Shown here: one piece after another, positions 9,416-18,764 of the stretch
How positions within the stretch are numbered: the first letter of the stretch is position 1
How the letters are laid out: each line of letters begins with the position of its first letter
Source: Burkholderiaceae bacterium
GTDB taxonomy: Bacteria > Pseudomonadota > Gammaproteobacteria > Burkholderiales > Burkholderiaceae_E
Length of the DNA stretch: 64,000 bases
Direction of reading: 5' to 3'
NCBI GenBank assembly: GCA_044235405.1
Contig: JBIIHU010000001.1
Span: 375 to 64,374 of the forward strand
Program-made: the position numbers and the translations under genes
The notes under the pieces: generated by a model
Told to the model about the DNA's origin: nothing
Database searches by the model: none
The model's input: the letters and a program-made list of their open reading frames with translations, nothing else

Positions 9416-11131
9416 ATGGTCCAGGACAACAGCACCTACTGGAAGCGCTCGCGGGTCGAGCTGCGCGCGGCCGGCTTCGACCCCGACCGCGCCGAGAAGA
9501 CGAACGCCGTCGTCACGATCGCCAGCGCCTACACCAACGCCCACCGCTGCAACAACCGCGTGCGCACCATCACCGACCTGCTGGTCGAGCTGCTCGCCGA
9601 GCGCGGCGGCCAGGGCCTGATCGTCGGCGCGCCGGCCGTGTCGGATGCGCTGACGCAGGGCACGCCGACCGCCGGCTACAGCCTGGTATCGCGCGACACC
9701 GCGGCCGACTGCTTCGAGATCGGCCACTACGCCCACCATGGCGACGCGATGATCGTGATCTCGGGCTGCGACAAGACCGGCGCGGCGGCGCTGATGCCGC
9801 TGGCGCGCACCAACGCCTTCGGCCTCGTGCTGTACCCGGGGACGAGCTCGCCGGGCAGCGTGCCCTTCGAGCCGTGGGCGAGCAAGGGCCAGAATCTGAC
9901 CATCATGGACTACGCCGAGGGGCGCGCCGCGCACGAGGCGGGCCGCATCAGCAGCGAGCAGCTGGTCGCGCTGGAGCGCAACGTGATGCCGGGCAGCGGC
10001 ACCTGCGGCGCGATGTTCACCGCCAACACGATGAGCACCGTGGCCGAGTCGATCGGCATGATGCTGCCGCACGGCGCCTCGCATCCGGCCGACTACCACG
10101 CCGGCAGCGACATCCACGCCGACGTGCGCGCGCAGGCGCGGGCCTCGGTCGATGCGCTGTACCGGCTGATCGAGGCGGGCATCCGGCCGCGCGACATCAT
10201 GACCGAGCGCGCCTTCGAGAACGCGATCACCACAGTCTACGCGATGGGCGGCTCGACCAACCTCTATCTGCATGTGCTCGCGATCGCGCGCGAGGCGCAG
10301 GTGCCGATCACGATCGAGCGCATCCAGGCGATCGGCGAGCGCGTGCCGCTGATCGCGAACCTGCAGCCGCACGGCCCCTACGCGATGGCCGCGCTGCACG
10401 CGATCGGCGGGGTGCCGGTCGTGATGAAGGAGCTGCTGCGTGCCGGGCTGCTGCACGGCGACGTGATGACCGTGACCGGCCGCACGCTCGCCGAGAACCT
10501 CGTCGCCGTGCCCACCGTCGAGGAGCTGGGCGCCCAGGACGTCGTGCGGCCGGTGTCGAGGCCGATCGCGCCGGCCAACAACCACATCAGCGTGCTGAAG
10601 GGCAACCTCGCACCCGAAAGTTGCGTGCTCAAGCTTTCGGGCAAGACGCTCGAGAAGGGCGTGTTCCGCGGCACCGCCCGGGTCTTCGAGTCGGAGGCCG
10701 ACACGATGAAGGCGATCCGCGCAGGCGAGATCGTGCCGGGCAACGTGGTCGTGGTGCGCAACGTCGGCCCGGTGGGCGGCCCCGGCATGCCCGAGATGGT
10801 CATGCTCACCATCCAGCTGCAGGGCCGCGGCCTGGGCGAGGATGTCGCGCTGATCACCGACGGCCGCTTCTCGGGCGTCTCGCACGGCATCCTGATCGGG
10901 CACATCTCGCCGGAGGCCGCCCGCGGCGGGCCGATCGCCGCGGTTCGCGATGGCGACGCCATCGTCATCGACCCGCGCGCGCGAACCCTCACGCTGGAGG
11001 TGCCGCAGGCCGAGATCGACCGCCGCATGGCCGACTGGAAGCCGCGTCCGCGGCCCGACGTGCGGCCCGGCTCGGTGCACGACAAGTACATCCGGCTGGT
11101 GTCCTCGGCGCACCACGGCTGCGTGCTCTGA
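9416..11131 (+). CDS. IlvD/Edd-family dehydratase (dihydroxy-acid or sugar-acid dehydratase)
   Basis: GCDKT, GTCGAMFTANTM, GGSTN, GNLAP, GGPGMPEM, ITDGRFSG and GHISPEAARGG motifs. Confidence 0.9.
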   Translation: MVQDNSTYWKRSRVELRAAGFDPDRAEKTNAVVTIASAYTNAHRCNNRVRTITDLLVELLAERGGQGLIVGAPAVSDALTQGTPTAGYSLVSRDTAADCFEIGHYAHHGDAMIVISGCDKTGAAALMPLARTNAFGLVLYPGTSSPGSVPFEPWASKGQNLTIMDYAEGRAAHEAGRISSEQLVALERNVMPGSGTCGAMFTANTMSTVAESIGMMLPHGASHPADYHAGSDIHADVRAQARASVDALYRLIEAGIRPRDIMTERAFENAITTVYAMGGSTNLYLHVLAIAREAQVPITIERIQAIGERVPLIANLQPHGPYAMAALHAIGGVPVVMKELLRAGLLHGDVMTVTGRTLAENLVAVPTVEELGAQDVVRPVSRPIAPANNHISVLKGNLAPESCVLKLSGKTLEKGVFRGTARVFESEADTMKAIRAGEIVPGNVVVVRNVGPVGGPGMPEMVMLTIQLQGRGLGEDVALITDGRFSGVSHGILIGHISPEAARGGPIAAVRDGDAIVIDPRARTLTLEVPQAEIDRRMADWKPRPRPDVRPGSVHDKYIRLVSSAHHGCVL

Positions 11132-11136
11132 GAGGC

Positions 11137-11170
11137 GAGCCGTCGTCGAGGGCTCGCCCGACGGCGGCTC
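11137..11170. terminator. GC-rich stem-loop between convergent genes
   Basis: GAGCCGTCGTCG-N10-CGACGGCGGCTC, a 12-bp near-perfect stem just after the dehydratase stop; no U-tract. Confidence 0.45.
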
Positions 11171-11239
11171 CGGCGTCGGTTCAGCGGGGGTGGCTGCGGT
11201 CCGCGCGGGTCGGTGGGGCCGGAGCGGACGCGGGCGGGC

Positions 11240-12532
11240 TCAGCGCTGGTTCGCCGGCGCCCTGCGCGGCAGCAGGTCGGCGCGCCACGCGAAGGCGAGC
11301 AGCCCGAGCAGCAGCATGCCGAGGGCGATCATGCCGAGGGCCGCGCTCACGAAACCGGTCACCGGGATCAGGGCGCCGGCGATCAGCAGGCCCAGCGGCA
11401 GCGGGTAGATCGCCAGCATGCGCACGCCCATGATCCGACCCCGAAACCGCGCCTCCGAGGTGCGCAGCAGCAGGATGGCGAGTGACAGCATGCTCAGGCT
11501 CTGCGCGATCCCGGCCGCCACCAGGCCGGCGATCGCCGCGGGCACCGTGGTCGACAGCACGAAGCCGATCAGGCACAGGTACCAGACCAGCGTCGCCCCG
11601 AGCATCATCCAGCCGGGGCGCACGCGCGGCCCCACAAGGCTGATCAGCACCGATCCGATCAGCGCACCGGCCGCGTAGCTCGCCACGAAAAAGCCCAGGC
11701 CGGTCTGGTCGAGCTGGAAGACATCGCGCGCGATGTAGGGCATCAGTCCACCGGTCAGCGGAAAGGCGGTCAGGTTGACCAGCGCGGCGAGGGTCATCGC
11801 GGCAAGCAGCCGCGGGGTCTGCCAGACATAGGCCAGGCCTTCGCGAAGATCGCGCAGCGGCGTCGACCGGGGCGCGGCCACGGCGGCACCGACACCTGAG
11901 GCCGCGCGATCGGGCGCCGCGCTGCCCGCCTCGGGCGGTGCATGACGCGGCGCATGGCCGCCATCGACGCGCAGCGTCAGCAGCACGCCGAGCCCGTAGA
12001 TGACGAGGATCGTGATGTAGGCCGGCACCATCCCGAAGGCGGCCATGAAGCCCGCGCCAGCCAGTGCCCCGCCCACCTTGGCCGAATCCATCGTCGTGCG
12101 CGAGATGCCCATCGCCGACACGAGCATCGCGGGCGGCACCGTAGCGCCCACCAGCGCGCTGCGCATGCCGATGTCGGTCGGCCGGATCAGCCCGCACAGC
12201 GCCGCCACGACGATCACCACCCACGCATCGAGCCGCCCGGCAAGCGCGAAGCCGAGGATCACGGCAGCGAACAGCGCATACGACAGGCGCATCGCCGCGA
12301 GCACGTTGCGCAGGCCAAGCCGGTCGCCGAGCGCGCCGAGCATCGGCGAGACCAGCGTGCCGATGAACTGCAGCGAGCCGAAGACCGTGAGCAGCGTGAC
12401 CGAGCCGGTCTCGACCAGCACGTACCAGCCGAGGATCAGGGTCTCCATCTCGAGCGCCCAGGCCGTGCACAGATCGGCCGTCCACTGGAAGCGGAAGGGG
12501 CGCAGACGGAACGGGGCCAGCGCCGCGATCAT
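11240..12532 (-). CDS. MFS transporter (EntS/H+ antiporter-like)
   Basis: MIAALAPFRLRPFRFQW start, GALGDRLG motif A and about 12 hydrophobic segments; overlaps the upstream DHA2 gene by 4 bp. Confidence 0.88.
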   Translation of the reverse strand: MIAALAPFRLRPFRFQWTADLCTAWALEMETLILGWYVLVETGSVTLLTVFGSLQFIGTLVSPMLGALGDRLGLRNVLAAMRLSYALFAAVILGFALAGRLDAWVVIVVAALCGLIRPTDIGMRSALVGATVPPAMLVSAMGISRTTMDSAKVGGALAGAGFMAAFGMVPAYITILVIYGLGVLLTLRVDGGHAPRHAPPEAGSAAPDRAASGVGAAVAAPRSTPLRDLREGLAYVWQTPRLLAAMTLAALVNLTAFPLTGGLMPYIARDVFQLDQTGLGFFVASYAAGALIGSVLISLVGPRVRPGWMMLGATLVWYLCLIGFVLSTTVPAAIAGLVAAGIAQSLSMLSLAILLLRTSEARFRGRIMGVRMLAIYPLPLGLLIAGALIPVTGFVSAALGMIALGMLLLGLLAFAWRADLLPRRAPANQR

Positions 12533-14073
12533 GCGCGGGTGCGCGGCCGCACCGGGCGTGCGATCAGCACCGGCAGGATCAGCACCAGGTAGACGATGGA
12601 GGAGAACAGGAAGATGTCGTTGGCGCCCAGCGTCAGGGCCTGCTGGTCGACGATCCGCTCGAGCTGCCCGCGCACCTGCTCGGTGCCGAGGCCGGCGCCA
12701 CGCAACGGGTCGAAGAAAGCGTCGTCGAGCGTCCAGCCGGGACGACTGGCCGCGTCGACGAGATCGCCGCGATGCACCTGTGAGCGCACATCCCAGGCGG
12801 TGGAGGCGATCGAGGTGCCGAAGGCCCCGGCCGAGATCCGCACGAAATTGCTCAGCCCCGCGGCCAGCGGCATCTGGTGGGGCGCGACCTGCGAGAACGC
12901 GATCGCGCTCATCGCGATGAAGAACAGCGACCCGGCCACGCCCTGCAGCAGCATCGGGATGACGATGGTCCCGTAGTCGGCCTGCGTGGTGAACAGGGCG
13001 CGCAGCCAGAACGACCAGGCGAAGGCGAAGAACGAGATCACGGCGACGGTTCGCGCCAGGCCGCGATCGATGCCGCGGCCGGCCGCCGGCGAGAACATCA
13101 CGGCGATGACACCGACCGGCGCCAGCACCAGCCCCGCCCAGGTGGCGGTGTAGTTCATGGCCTGCTGCAGCCACAGCGGCAGCAGCACCACATTACCCGA
13201 GAAGAGCGCGAAACCGCCCGACAGCGCGATCACGCCGCAGGCGAAGTTGCGGTTGGCGAACAGGCGCAGGTCGACCACCGGGTGGGGGTCGTTCAGCTCC
13301 CAGGCGACGAAGAACAGGAAACCCACCGCCGCGACCACCGCGAGGGCGACGATCTCGCGCGACTCGAACCAGTCCTCGTCGCGCCCGGTGTCCAGCATGA
13401 TCTGCAGCGCGGCGACCCAGACCACCAGCAGGCTCAGGCCGACCACGTCGACCGGGGCGCGGCGCACCGCGCTCTCGCGCGGTCGGTAGATCGACCAGGT
13501 CATCGCCGCGCAGAAGATGCCCACCGGGATGTTGATGTAGAAGATCCACTCCCAGCGAAGGTTGTCGGTGATCCAGCCGCCCAGCAGCGGCCCGCAGATC
13601 GGCGCGAGCAGCACCGTCATCGACCAGATCCCGAGCGCCCGCCCTGCACGCTCCGGCGGATGGCTGCCGAGCAGCAGCGTCTGCGACAGCGGCATCATCG
13701 GCCCGGCCACCAGCCCCTGCAGCACCCGGAACGCGATCAGCCACTCCATCGAGGTGGCGAGCGCGCACAGCCACGAGGCGGCGGTGAAGAGCAGCGTGCT
13801 GGCGACGAACAGCCGCACCTGCCCGAAGCGCGCGGCCAGCCAGCCCGTGAGCGGCACGGAGATCGCGTTGGCGATGCCGAAGCCGGTGATCAGGCGCGTA
13901 CCCTGGTGCACGCTCGAGCCGAGATCGCCGGAGATCGCCGGCAGCGACACGTTGGCGATCGACGCGTCGAGCACGTTCATGAAGGTGGCAAGCGACAGCA
14001 CCAGCGTGCCGAGCGCACGCGCACTGCCCTGCAGTGGCGGCGGCGGAACGGGCATGGCGGCGGTCGCGGACAT
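12529..14073 (-). CDS. DHA2-family efflux MFS permease (EmrB/QacA-like)
   Basis: LATFMNVLDASIANVSLP, GPLLGGWITDNLRWEWIFYINIPVG and PVVDLRLF motifs. Confidence 0.93.
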   Translation of the reverse strand: MSATAAMPVPPPPLQGSARALGTLVLSLATFMNVLDASIANVSLPAISGDLGSSVHQGTRLITGFGIANAISVPLTGWLAARFGQVRLFVASTLLFTAASWLCALATSMEWLIAFRVLQGLVAGPMMPLSQTLLLGSHPPERAGRALGIWSMTVLLAPICGPLLGGWITDNLRWEWIFYINIPVGIFCAAMTWSIYRPRESAVRRAPVDVVGLSLLVVWVAALQIMLDTGRDEDWFESREIVALAVVAAVGFLFFVAWELNDPHPVVDLRLFANRNFACGVIALSGGFALFSGNVVLLPLWLQQAMNYTATWAGLVLAPVGVIAVMFSPAAGRGIDRGLARTVAVISFFAFAWSFWLRALFTTQADYGTIVIPMLLQGVAGSLFFIAMSAIAFSQVAPHQMPLAAGLSNFVRISAGAFGTSIASTAWDVRSQVHRGDLVDAASRPGWTLDDAFFDPLRGAGLGTEQVRGQLERIVDQQALTLGANDIFLFSSIVYLVLILPVLIARPVRPRTRA

Positions 14074-14160
14074 CCGACGATGGTATCCCGCCGGGTCCGG
14101 CGCCCCCTGGCGCGGGTTCCGGGAAGTGGCCGCGCCGGGTTTCGCGCGCGCGCCTGCGCG

Positions 14161-15117
14161 TCAGGTCAGCAGGCGGCCGACGATGGCGAGCAGCGCCGCG
14201 CGCTCGGCCGCCGGGTCGAAGCGCGGCGAATGGGCGAGCGCGCGCCGGCGCAGGTCCTCGAGCATCGCGGGCTCGTCGCGGGCGCACTCGATCAGGCGGG
14301 CGAGCGCGGCGTCGTCGCCGACTTCGAAGGTCGCGGGCCAGTCGTCGCCGAGCAGCCCGAGGTTGCCATCGATCCGAGAGGCGATCACCGGCGTGCCACT
14401 GCGCAGCGCCTCGATGACGACGTGGGCGCCGCCCTCCATGCGGCTGGCGTGCACCAGCACGTGCGCCGCCTGGATGCGCCGGCGGGCGGCCGCGTGCGGC
14501 AGCGGACCCAGCCAGCGGTAGCGGGGGTGGCTCGCGGCGAGCGCGGCCGCCTGCGCGCCGAGCGCCGGGTCGAGCGCCGCACCGACGTGATCGAGGAGAA
14601 TGTCGCGGCGCGCCGCGAGGCGCCTTGCCGCGCGCAGGTAGGTCAGGGGATCCTTCTCGTCGCGCAGGTGGCCGACCATCAGCGCGCGCAGGTGGCGCGT
14701 GGGGCGGGGCAGCGGCCGGCGGGCGCCGCACGACTGCAGCACCACCCGGCATTTCGCGCGCAGCGCCGGATCGAGCTGCTGCGGCCCGCGATCGTTGAGC
14801 ACGACCAGCGTGTCGGCCAGGCGCAGCGAAGCCTGGGCCTCGGGGTCGGTCGCGATGTCGCGGTAGAGGTCGGTGCCGGTCAGGACCACGACCAGCGGGG
14901 CCGCCGGCCGCTCGCGCTTCCAGGCGGCGATCGCGCCGGCGGAGCGGCGGGCGTGCAGTGCGATCATGAGATCGTCACGACCGCCATCCCAGCCGGTGGC
15001 CAGCCGCACCCGGTAAGCTTGCGCCAGCATGCGCGCCCAGCGCCGCGCGGTCTGCCAGTTGCCGTTGTTGGCGTCGGCAAGCGCCGGGGTGACGATCAGG
15101 ATCGATTCGGGATGCAT
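14161..15117 (-). CDS. senB: Selenoneine-biosynthesis selenosugar synthase (TIGR04348-type glycosyltransferase)
   Basis: ILIVTPALADANNGNWQTARRW, IALHARRS, VLTGTDLYRD, MVGHLRDEKDP and SRMEGGAHVVIEA; adjacent to senA. Confidence 0.9.
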   Translation of the reverse strand: MHPESILIVTPALADANNGNWQTARRWARMLAQAYRVRLATGWDGGRDDLMIALHARRSAGAIAAWKRERPAAPLVVVLTGTDLYRDIATDPEAQASLRLADTLVVLNDRGPQQLDPALRAKCRVVLQSCGARRPLPRPTRHLRALMVGHLRDEKDPLTYLRAARRLAARRDILLDHVGAALDPALGAQAAALAASHPRYRWLGPLPHAAARRRIQAAHVLVHASRMEGGAHVVIEALRSGTPVIASRIDGNLGLLGDDWPATFEVGDDAALARLIECARDEPAMLEDLRRRALAHSPRFDPAAERAALLAIVGRLLT

Positions 15118-16344
15118 CACGCAAGCCTACCGCCAACGGCGGCCGACCGCGCACGACGCGGGGACCGGCAGAGCCTCGCCGACCTGCTGCGCGCCAGCCG
15201 TGCCGACACGCTGGCCACCTTCGACGCCTGGGAGCGCGCCCTGCCCGGGCTCCAGGTGCCCCGACAGCCCGGGCTCAACCCGCCCCTGTGGGAGCTCGGG
15301 CACATCGGCTGGTTCCAGGGGTGGTGGACCACCCGCAACCCCCAGCGCCGCGCGGGCGCGCGGGCCCATCCCGCGGTTCCGCGCGCCCCTGCCGACCCGC
15401 TCGATGCCGATGCGCTCTACGACTCCAGCCGCGTCGCCCACCCGACCCGCTGGTCGCTGCCATTGCCCGGCGCCGATGCCACCCGGGCGCAGCTCGCGCG
15501 CCAGCTCGAGGCCACGCTCGCCGACCTGGCAGCCGAGCCCGACGAGGACGACGACATCCTCTATTTCTATCGGCTGGCCCTGCTGCACGAGGACATGCAC
15601 CACGAGGCGGCCCTCTACATGGCCAGCCATCTCGGCATACCGATCAGCGATCCGCGCTGGCAGGCGCCCCGGCTGCCCGAGCCTTCGCCCCCCTGTTCGC
15701 TCGCCCCCGGGCCCTGGCGTCTGGGCCATCCAGGCGACGGCGGCTTCGTCTTCGACAACGAGGTGCCGGCGACCGTGGCGCAGACCCGTGCCCCGGCCAT
15801 CGACGCCCAGGTGGTGCGCTGGGCGGAATACCTGCCCTTCGTGACCGACGGGGGATACCACGAGGCCCGCTGGTGGGATGCTGCAGGCCTGGCCTGGAAG
15901 GCCGCCTGCGGCGCGCGCGCGCCCCGCCACCTGCGCGCGGAGGGCAGCGCCTGGCTGCAGTGGCGCCATGGTCGCTGGCAGCCGCTGGACGCCGCCGAGC
16001 CGGCCTGTCACCTCAGCTGCCACGAGGCGCTTGCCTGGTGCCGGTGGGCCGGCCGGCGGCTGCCCACCGAGGCCGAGTGGGAATGTGCGGCCCTCACGGC
16101 GGGGCCGGGCTTTCGCTGGGGCGACGTCTGGGAATGGACGGCGAGCGCCTTCGAACCCTACCCCGGGTTCGCGGCGCACCCCTACCGAGACTATTCGGCG
16201 CCCTGGTTCGACGGCCGCCCGGTGCTGCGTGGCGCCTCGTTCATGACTCAGCCGCGAATGCGGCATCCGCGCTACCGCAACTTCTTTCCCGCCGAGCGCC
16301 ATGACGTGCCGGCAGGATTTCGCAGCTGTCCTCGAGGGGACTGA
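15112..16344 (+). CDS. senA: Selenoneine synthase (EgtB-like DinB + FGE-sulfatase domains)
   Basis: LNPPLWELGHIGWFQ, HEDMHHEA iron motif, RRLPTEAEWE, WGDVWEWT, YRDYSAPWF and RHPRYRNFF; next to senB and egtD. Confidence 0.88.
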   Translation: MHHASLPPTAADRARRGDRQSLADLLRASRADTLATFDAWERALPGLQVPRQPGLNPPLWELGHIGWFQGWWTTRNPQRRAGARAHPAVPRAPADPLDADALYDSSRVAHPTRWSLPLPGADATRAQLARQLEATLADLAAEPDEDDDILYFYRLALLHEDMHHEAALYMASHLGIPISDPRWQAPRLPEPSPPCSLAPGPWRLGHPGDGGFVFDNEVPATVAQTRAPAIDAQVVRWAEYLPFVTDGGYHEARWWDAAGLAWKAACGARAPRHLRAEGSAWLQWRHGRWQPLDAAEPACHLSCHEALAWCRWAGRRLPTEAEWECAALTAGPGFRWGDVWEWTASAFEPYPGFAAHPYRDYSAPWFDGRPVLRGASFMTQPRMRHPRYRNFFPAERHDVPAGFRSCPRGD

Positions 16345-16366
16345 TCGGCGCGACCGGGCAGGCGCT

Positions 16367-16392
16367 GTAACCTGAGGGCCGCTTGCCGCGAA
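16367..16392 (+). promoter_or_regulatory. ECF sigma-factor promoter (SigF/EcfF-type) for thioredoxin-ccdA
   Basis: Exact GTAACC-N16-CGAA, ending 64 bp upstream of the thioredoxin ATG. Confidence 0.7.
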
Positions 16393-16456
16393 CTAGTCAT
16401 CATGGCCCGCCGACCGGTGGGCCGCTCCCACCTTCCTTCCGGCACGGAATCCCCTC

Positions 16457-16849
16457 ATGAATCCCGTCGCGCGCCTGCTGCGCCCCACCCTCGCCCTCGT
16501 TCTCGCCGCCCTGAGCTCGCTGGCGCATGCCCTCACCATCGAACCGTACAGCGCGCAGGCGCTGGCGGCCGCGCAGACCGCCGGTCGCCCGGTGGCGGTG
16601 TTCTTCCACGCCGACTGGTGCGGCACCTGCAAGCAGCAGGACAAGGCCTTCTCGCAGCTGAAGACCGAGAGCGGCCTCGACATGGTGCTGCTGGTGGCCG
16701 ACTACGACCGCGAGCGCGACCTGCGCCGCAACCTGAACGTGCGCAGCCAGTCAACGGTGGTGGTCTTCCGCGGCAGCGTCGAGAAGACCCGGGTCGGCGG
16801 CGAGACCGATCCTGGCAAGCTGCGCGCCGCGCTGCGCACGGCGCTCTGA
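16457..16849 (+). CDS. Exported thioredoxin-family protein
   Basis: Signal peptide (…SSLAHA) and FHADWCGTC CxxC motif. Confidence 0.9.
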   Translation: MNPVARLLRPTLALVLAALSSLAHALTIEPYSAQALAAAQTAGRPVAVFFHADWCGTCKQQDKAFSQLKTESGLDMVLLVADYDRERDLRRNLNVRSQSTVVVFRGSVEKTRVGGETDPGKLRAALRTAL

Positions 16850-16889
16850 CCCGGCGTCGCCTCGTCGTCGCCCGTCCCGGATCGGCCCG

Positions 16890-17618
16890 GTGTCCGTCAC
16901 CCTGACCCAGCTCGGCCTGAGCCTGGCCGCCGGCAGCCTCACCACGCTGAGCCCCTGCGTGTTCCCGCTGCTGCCGCTGGTGCTCGGCGGGGCGCTGCAG
17001 GCCAGCCGCCTAGCGCCGGTCGCGCTGGGGGTCGGCATGGCGGCGTCCTTCGCCGGCATCGGCATGCTGGTGGGCGCGCTCGGCCCCGCGCTGGGCCTCG
17101 ACGGCGATCACGTCCGCACGTTCGGCGGCCTGCTGCTCGTCGCGCTGGCCGCGGTGATGCTGGTGCCGGCCTGGAGCGAGCGCTTCACCCGCTGGATGAC
17201 GCCGTTGGCCTCCGGGGCCGGATCGGTCAGTGCCCGGCTGTCGGGCGGTTCGCTGGGCAGCGCGCTGCTGCTGGGCGCCGTGCTCGGGCTGGTCTGGAGC
17301 CCCTGCTCGGGCCCGCTGCTGGCCTCGGCCCTGATGCTGGTGGCGAGCGAGGGCGGCATGGCGCGCGGCGGGCTGATCCTCGGGGTGTTCGGCGTGGGCG
17401 CCGCGATCCCGCTGGTCGCCGTGGCCTACGCCTCGCGAGCCGGATTCACGCGGGCGCGCGGCTGGATCATGACGCGCATCGCCGGCCTGAAGACCGGCTT
17501 CGCGCTGCTGCTCGGCGCGATGGGCGTGCTGATCCTCACCGGCGGCGACAAGTGGCTCGAGGCCCGGGTCAACGCGCTGCTGCCCGACGGATGGCTCGCA
17601 CTCACGGTGCGCTTCTAG
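16890..17618 (+). CDS. ccdA: Cytochrome c biogenesis / CcdA-type thiol-disulfide membrane transporter
   Basis: LSPCVFPLLP and WSPCSGPLL, the two conserved Cys motifs; about six TM segments. Confidence 0.9.
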   Translation: MSVTLTQLGLSLAAGSLTTLSPCVFPLLPLVLGGALQASRLAPVALGVGMAASFAGIGMLVGALGPALGLDGDHVRTFGGLLLVALAAVMLVPAWSERFTRWMTPLASGAGSVSARLSGGSLGSALLLGAVLGLVWSPCSGPLLASALMLVASEGGMARGGLILGVFGVGAAIPLVAVAYASRAGFTRARGWIMTRIAGLKTGFALLLGAMGVLILTGGDKWLEARVNALLPDGWLALTVRF

Positions 17619-18640
17619 GCGTCTTGCCGCGCGCCGGCGTCGGCCGGCGTCGCGAGGAAGACCGCGAACCGCGCCGCCTCGTCGCACCAGTGGCGGGTCG
17701 CGCCGTATCCCGCCTGCGTGAGCAGCTGCTCGAAGGTGGGCACGGTCCACTTGTGGCTGTTCTCGGTGTGGATGCGCTCGCCGGCGGCGAATTCGCGCCG
17801 GGCCCCCGGCCAGCGCACGTGCAGCGCCTCGCGCGCCTGCAGGTGCATCTCGATGCGCGACGCCGCCGTGTCGTAGAAGGCGACGTGGCGCCACTGCCGC
17901 GGATCGAAGTCGGCGCCGAGCAGCCGGTTCAGGTGCCGCAGCAGGTTCAGGTTGAACGCGGCGGTCACGCCCAGCGGATCGTCGTAGGCGCGCTCGAGCA
18001 CCTCCCGGTCCTTGACGAGGTCGACCCCGATCAGCAGGGCCCCGCGATCGGCCACCGCACGCGCCTCGCGCAGCAGGCGCAGCGCGTCATCGGGGGCGAA
18101 GTTGCCGATGCTCGAGCCGGGGTAGAACACGAGGACGGGGCCCTCGTCGAGCACCTCGCGCGGCAGCGCGAGCGCACTGGCGAAGTCCTGGGCCACGCCG
18201 GCGAACGCGATCGCCGGATGCGCCTGGCGCAGCGCCGGCAGCGCGCCACGCAGGTGATCGATCGCGATGTCGACGGCGACGTACCGCGCGGGCTCGAGCA
18301 GCGGGAACAGGGCGGCCGCCTTGGCGCAGTTGCCCGCCCCGAGATCGACCATCGTCGGTCCGGTGCCCAGACGCGCGCGCACCTCGGCTGCGATCGCCGG
18401 GCCGTGCCGTGCGAAGATCTCGCCCTCGGCGCGCGTCAGGTAGTACTCGTCGAGCTCGGTGATCGCCTCGAACAGGCGCGAGCCGAGGGCGTCGTAGAAG
18501 AACTTCGGCGACACCGCCGCGCGTGGCGCCAGCAGGCCGCGCGCGGCTTCGGCGGCGAGCCCCGCCTCGTCGAGACTCGAGGTCTCGACGAAATGCAGGG
18601 GCTGGCCATCGGCAGGGCGGGTCGCTGTCGGGGAACTCAT
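17615..18640 (-). CDS. egtD: L-histidine N(alpha)-methyltransferase
   Basis: SPKFFYDALGSRLFEAITELDEYY, DLGAGNCAK, FYPGSSIGNF, AYDDPLGVTAAFNLN and IHTENSHKW. Confidence 0.93.
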   Translation of the reverse strand: MSSPTATRPADGQPLHFVETSSLDEAGLAAEAARGLLAPRAAVSPKFFYDALGSRLFEAITELDEYYLTRAEGEIFARHGPAIAAEVRARLGTGPTMVDLGAGNCAKAAALFPLLEPARYVAVDIAIDHLRGALPALRQAHPAIAFAGVAQDFASALALPREVLDEGPVLVFYPGSSIGNFAPDDALRLLREARAVADRGALLIGVDLVKDREVLERAYDDPLGVTAAFNLNLLRHLNRLLGADFDPRQWRHVAFYDTAASRIEMHLQAREALHVRWPGARREFAAGERIHTENSHKWTVPTFEQLLTQAGYGATRHWCDEAARFAVFLATPADAGARQDA

Positions 18641-18764
18641 GAACGCTCCGGGGTGCGCGCGTCGCGCACTCTACCCGCAAGAACGTCACGCCGCACGAGC
18701 GCACAAAACCGCAGCCGGGCGCGCCGCCCGGCTCGCCAGAGCCCATCCCCTCAGGAGACCGTCG

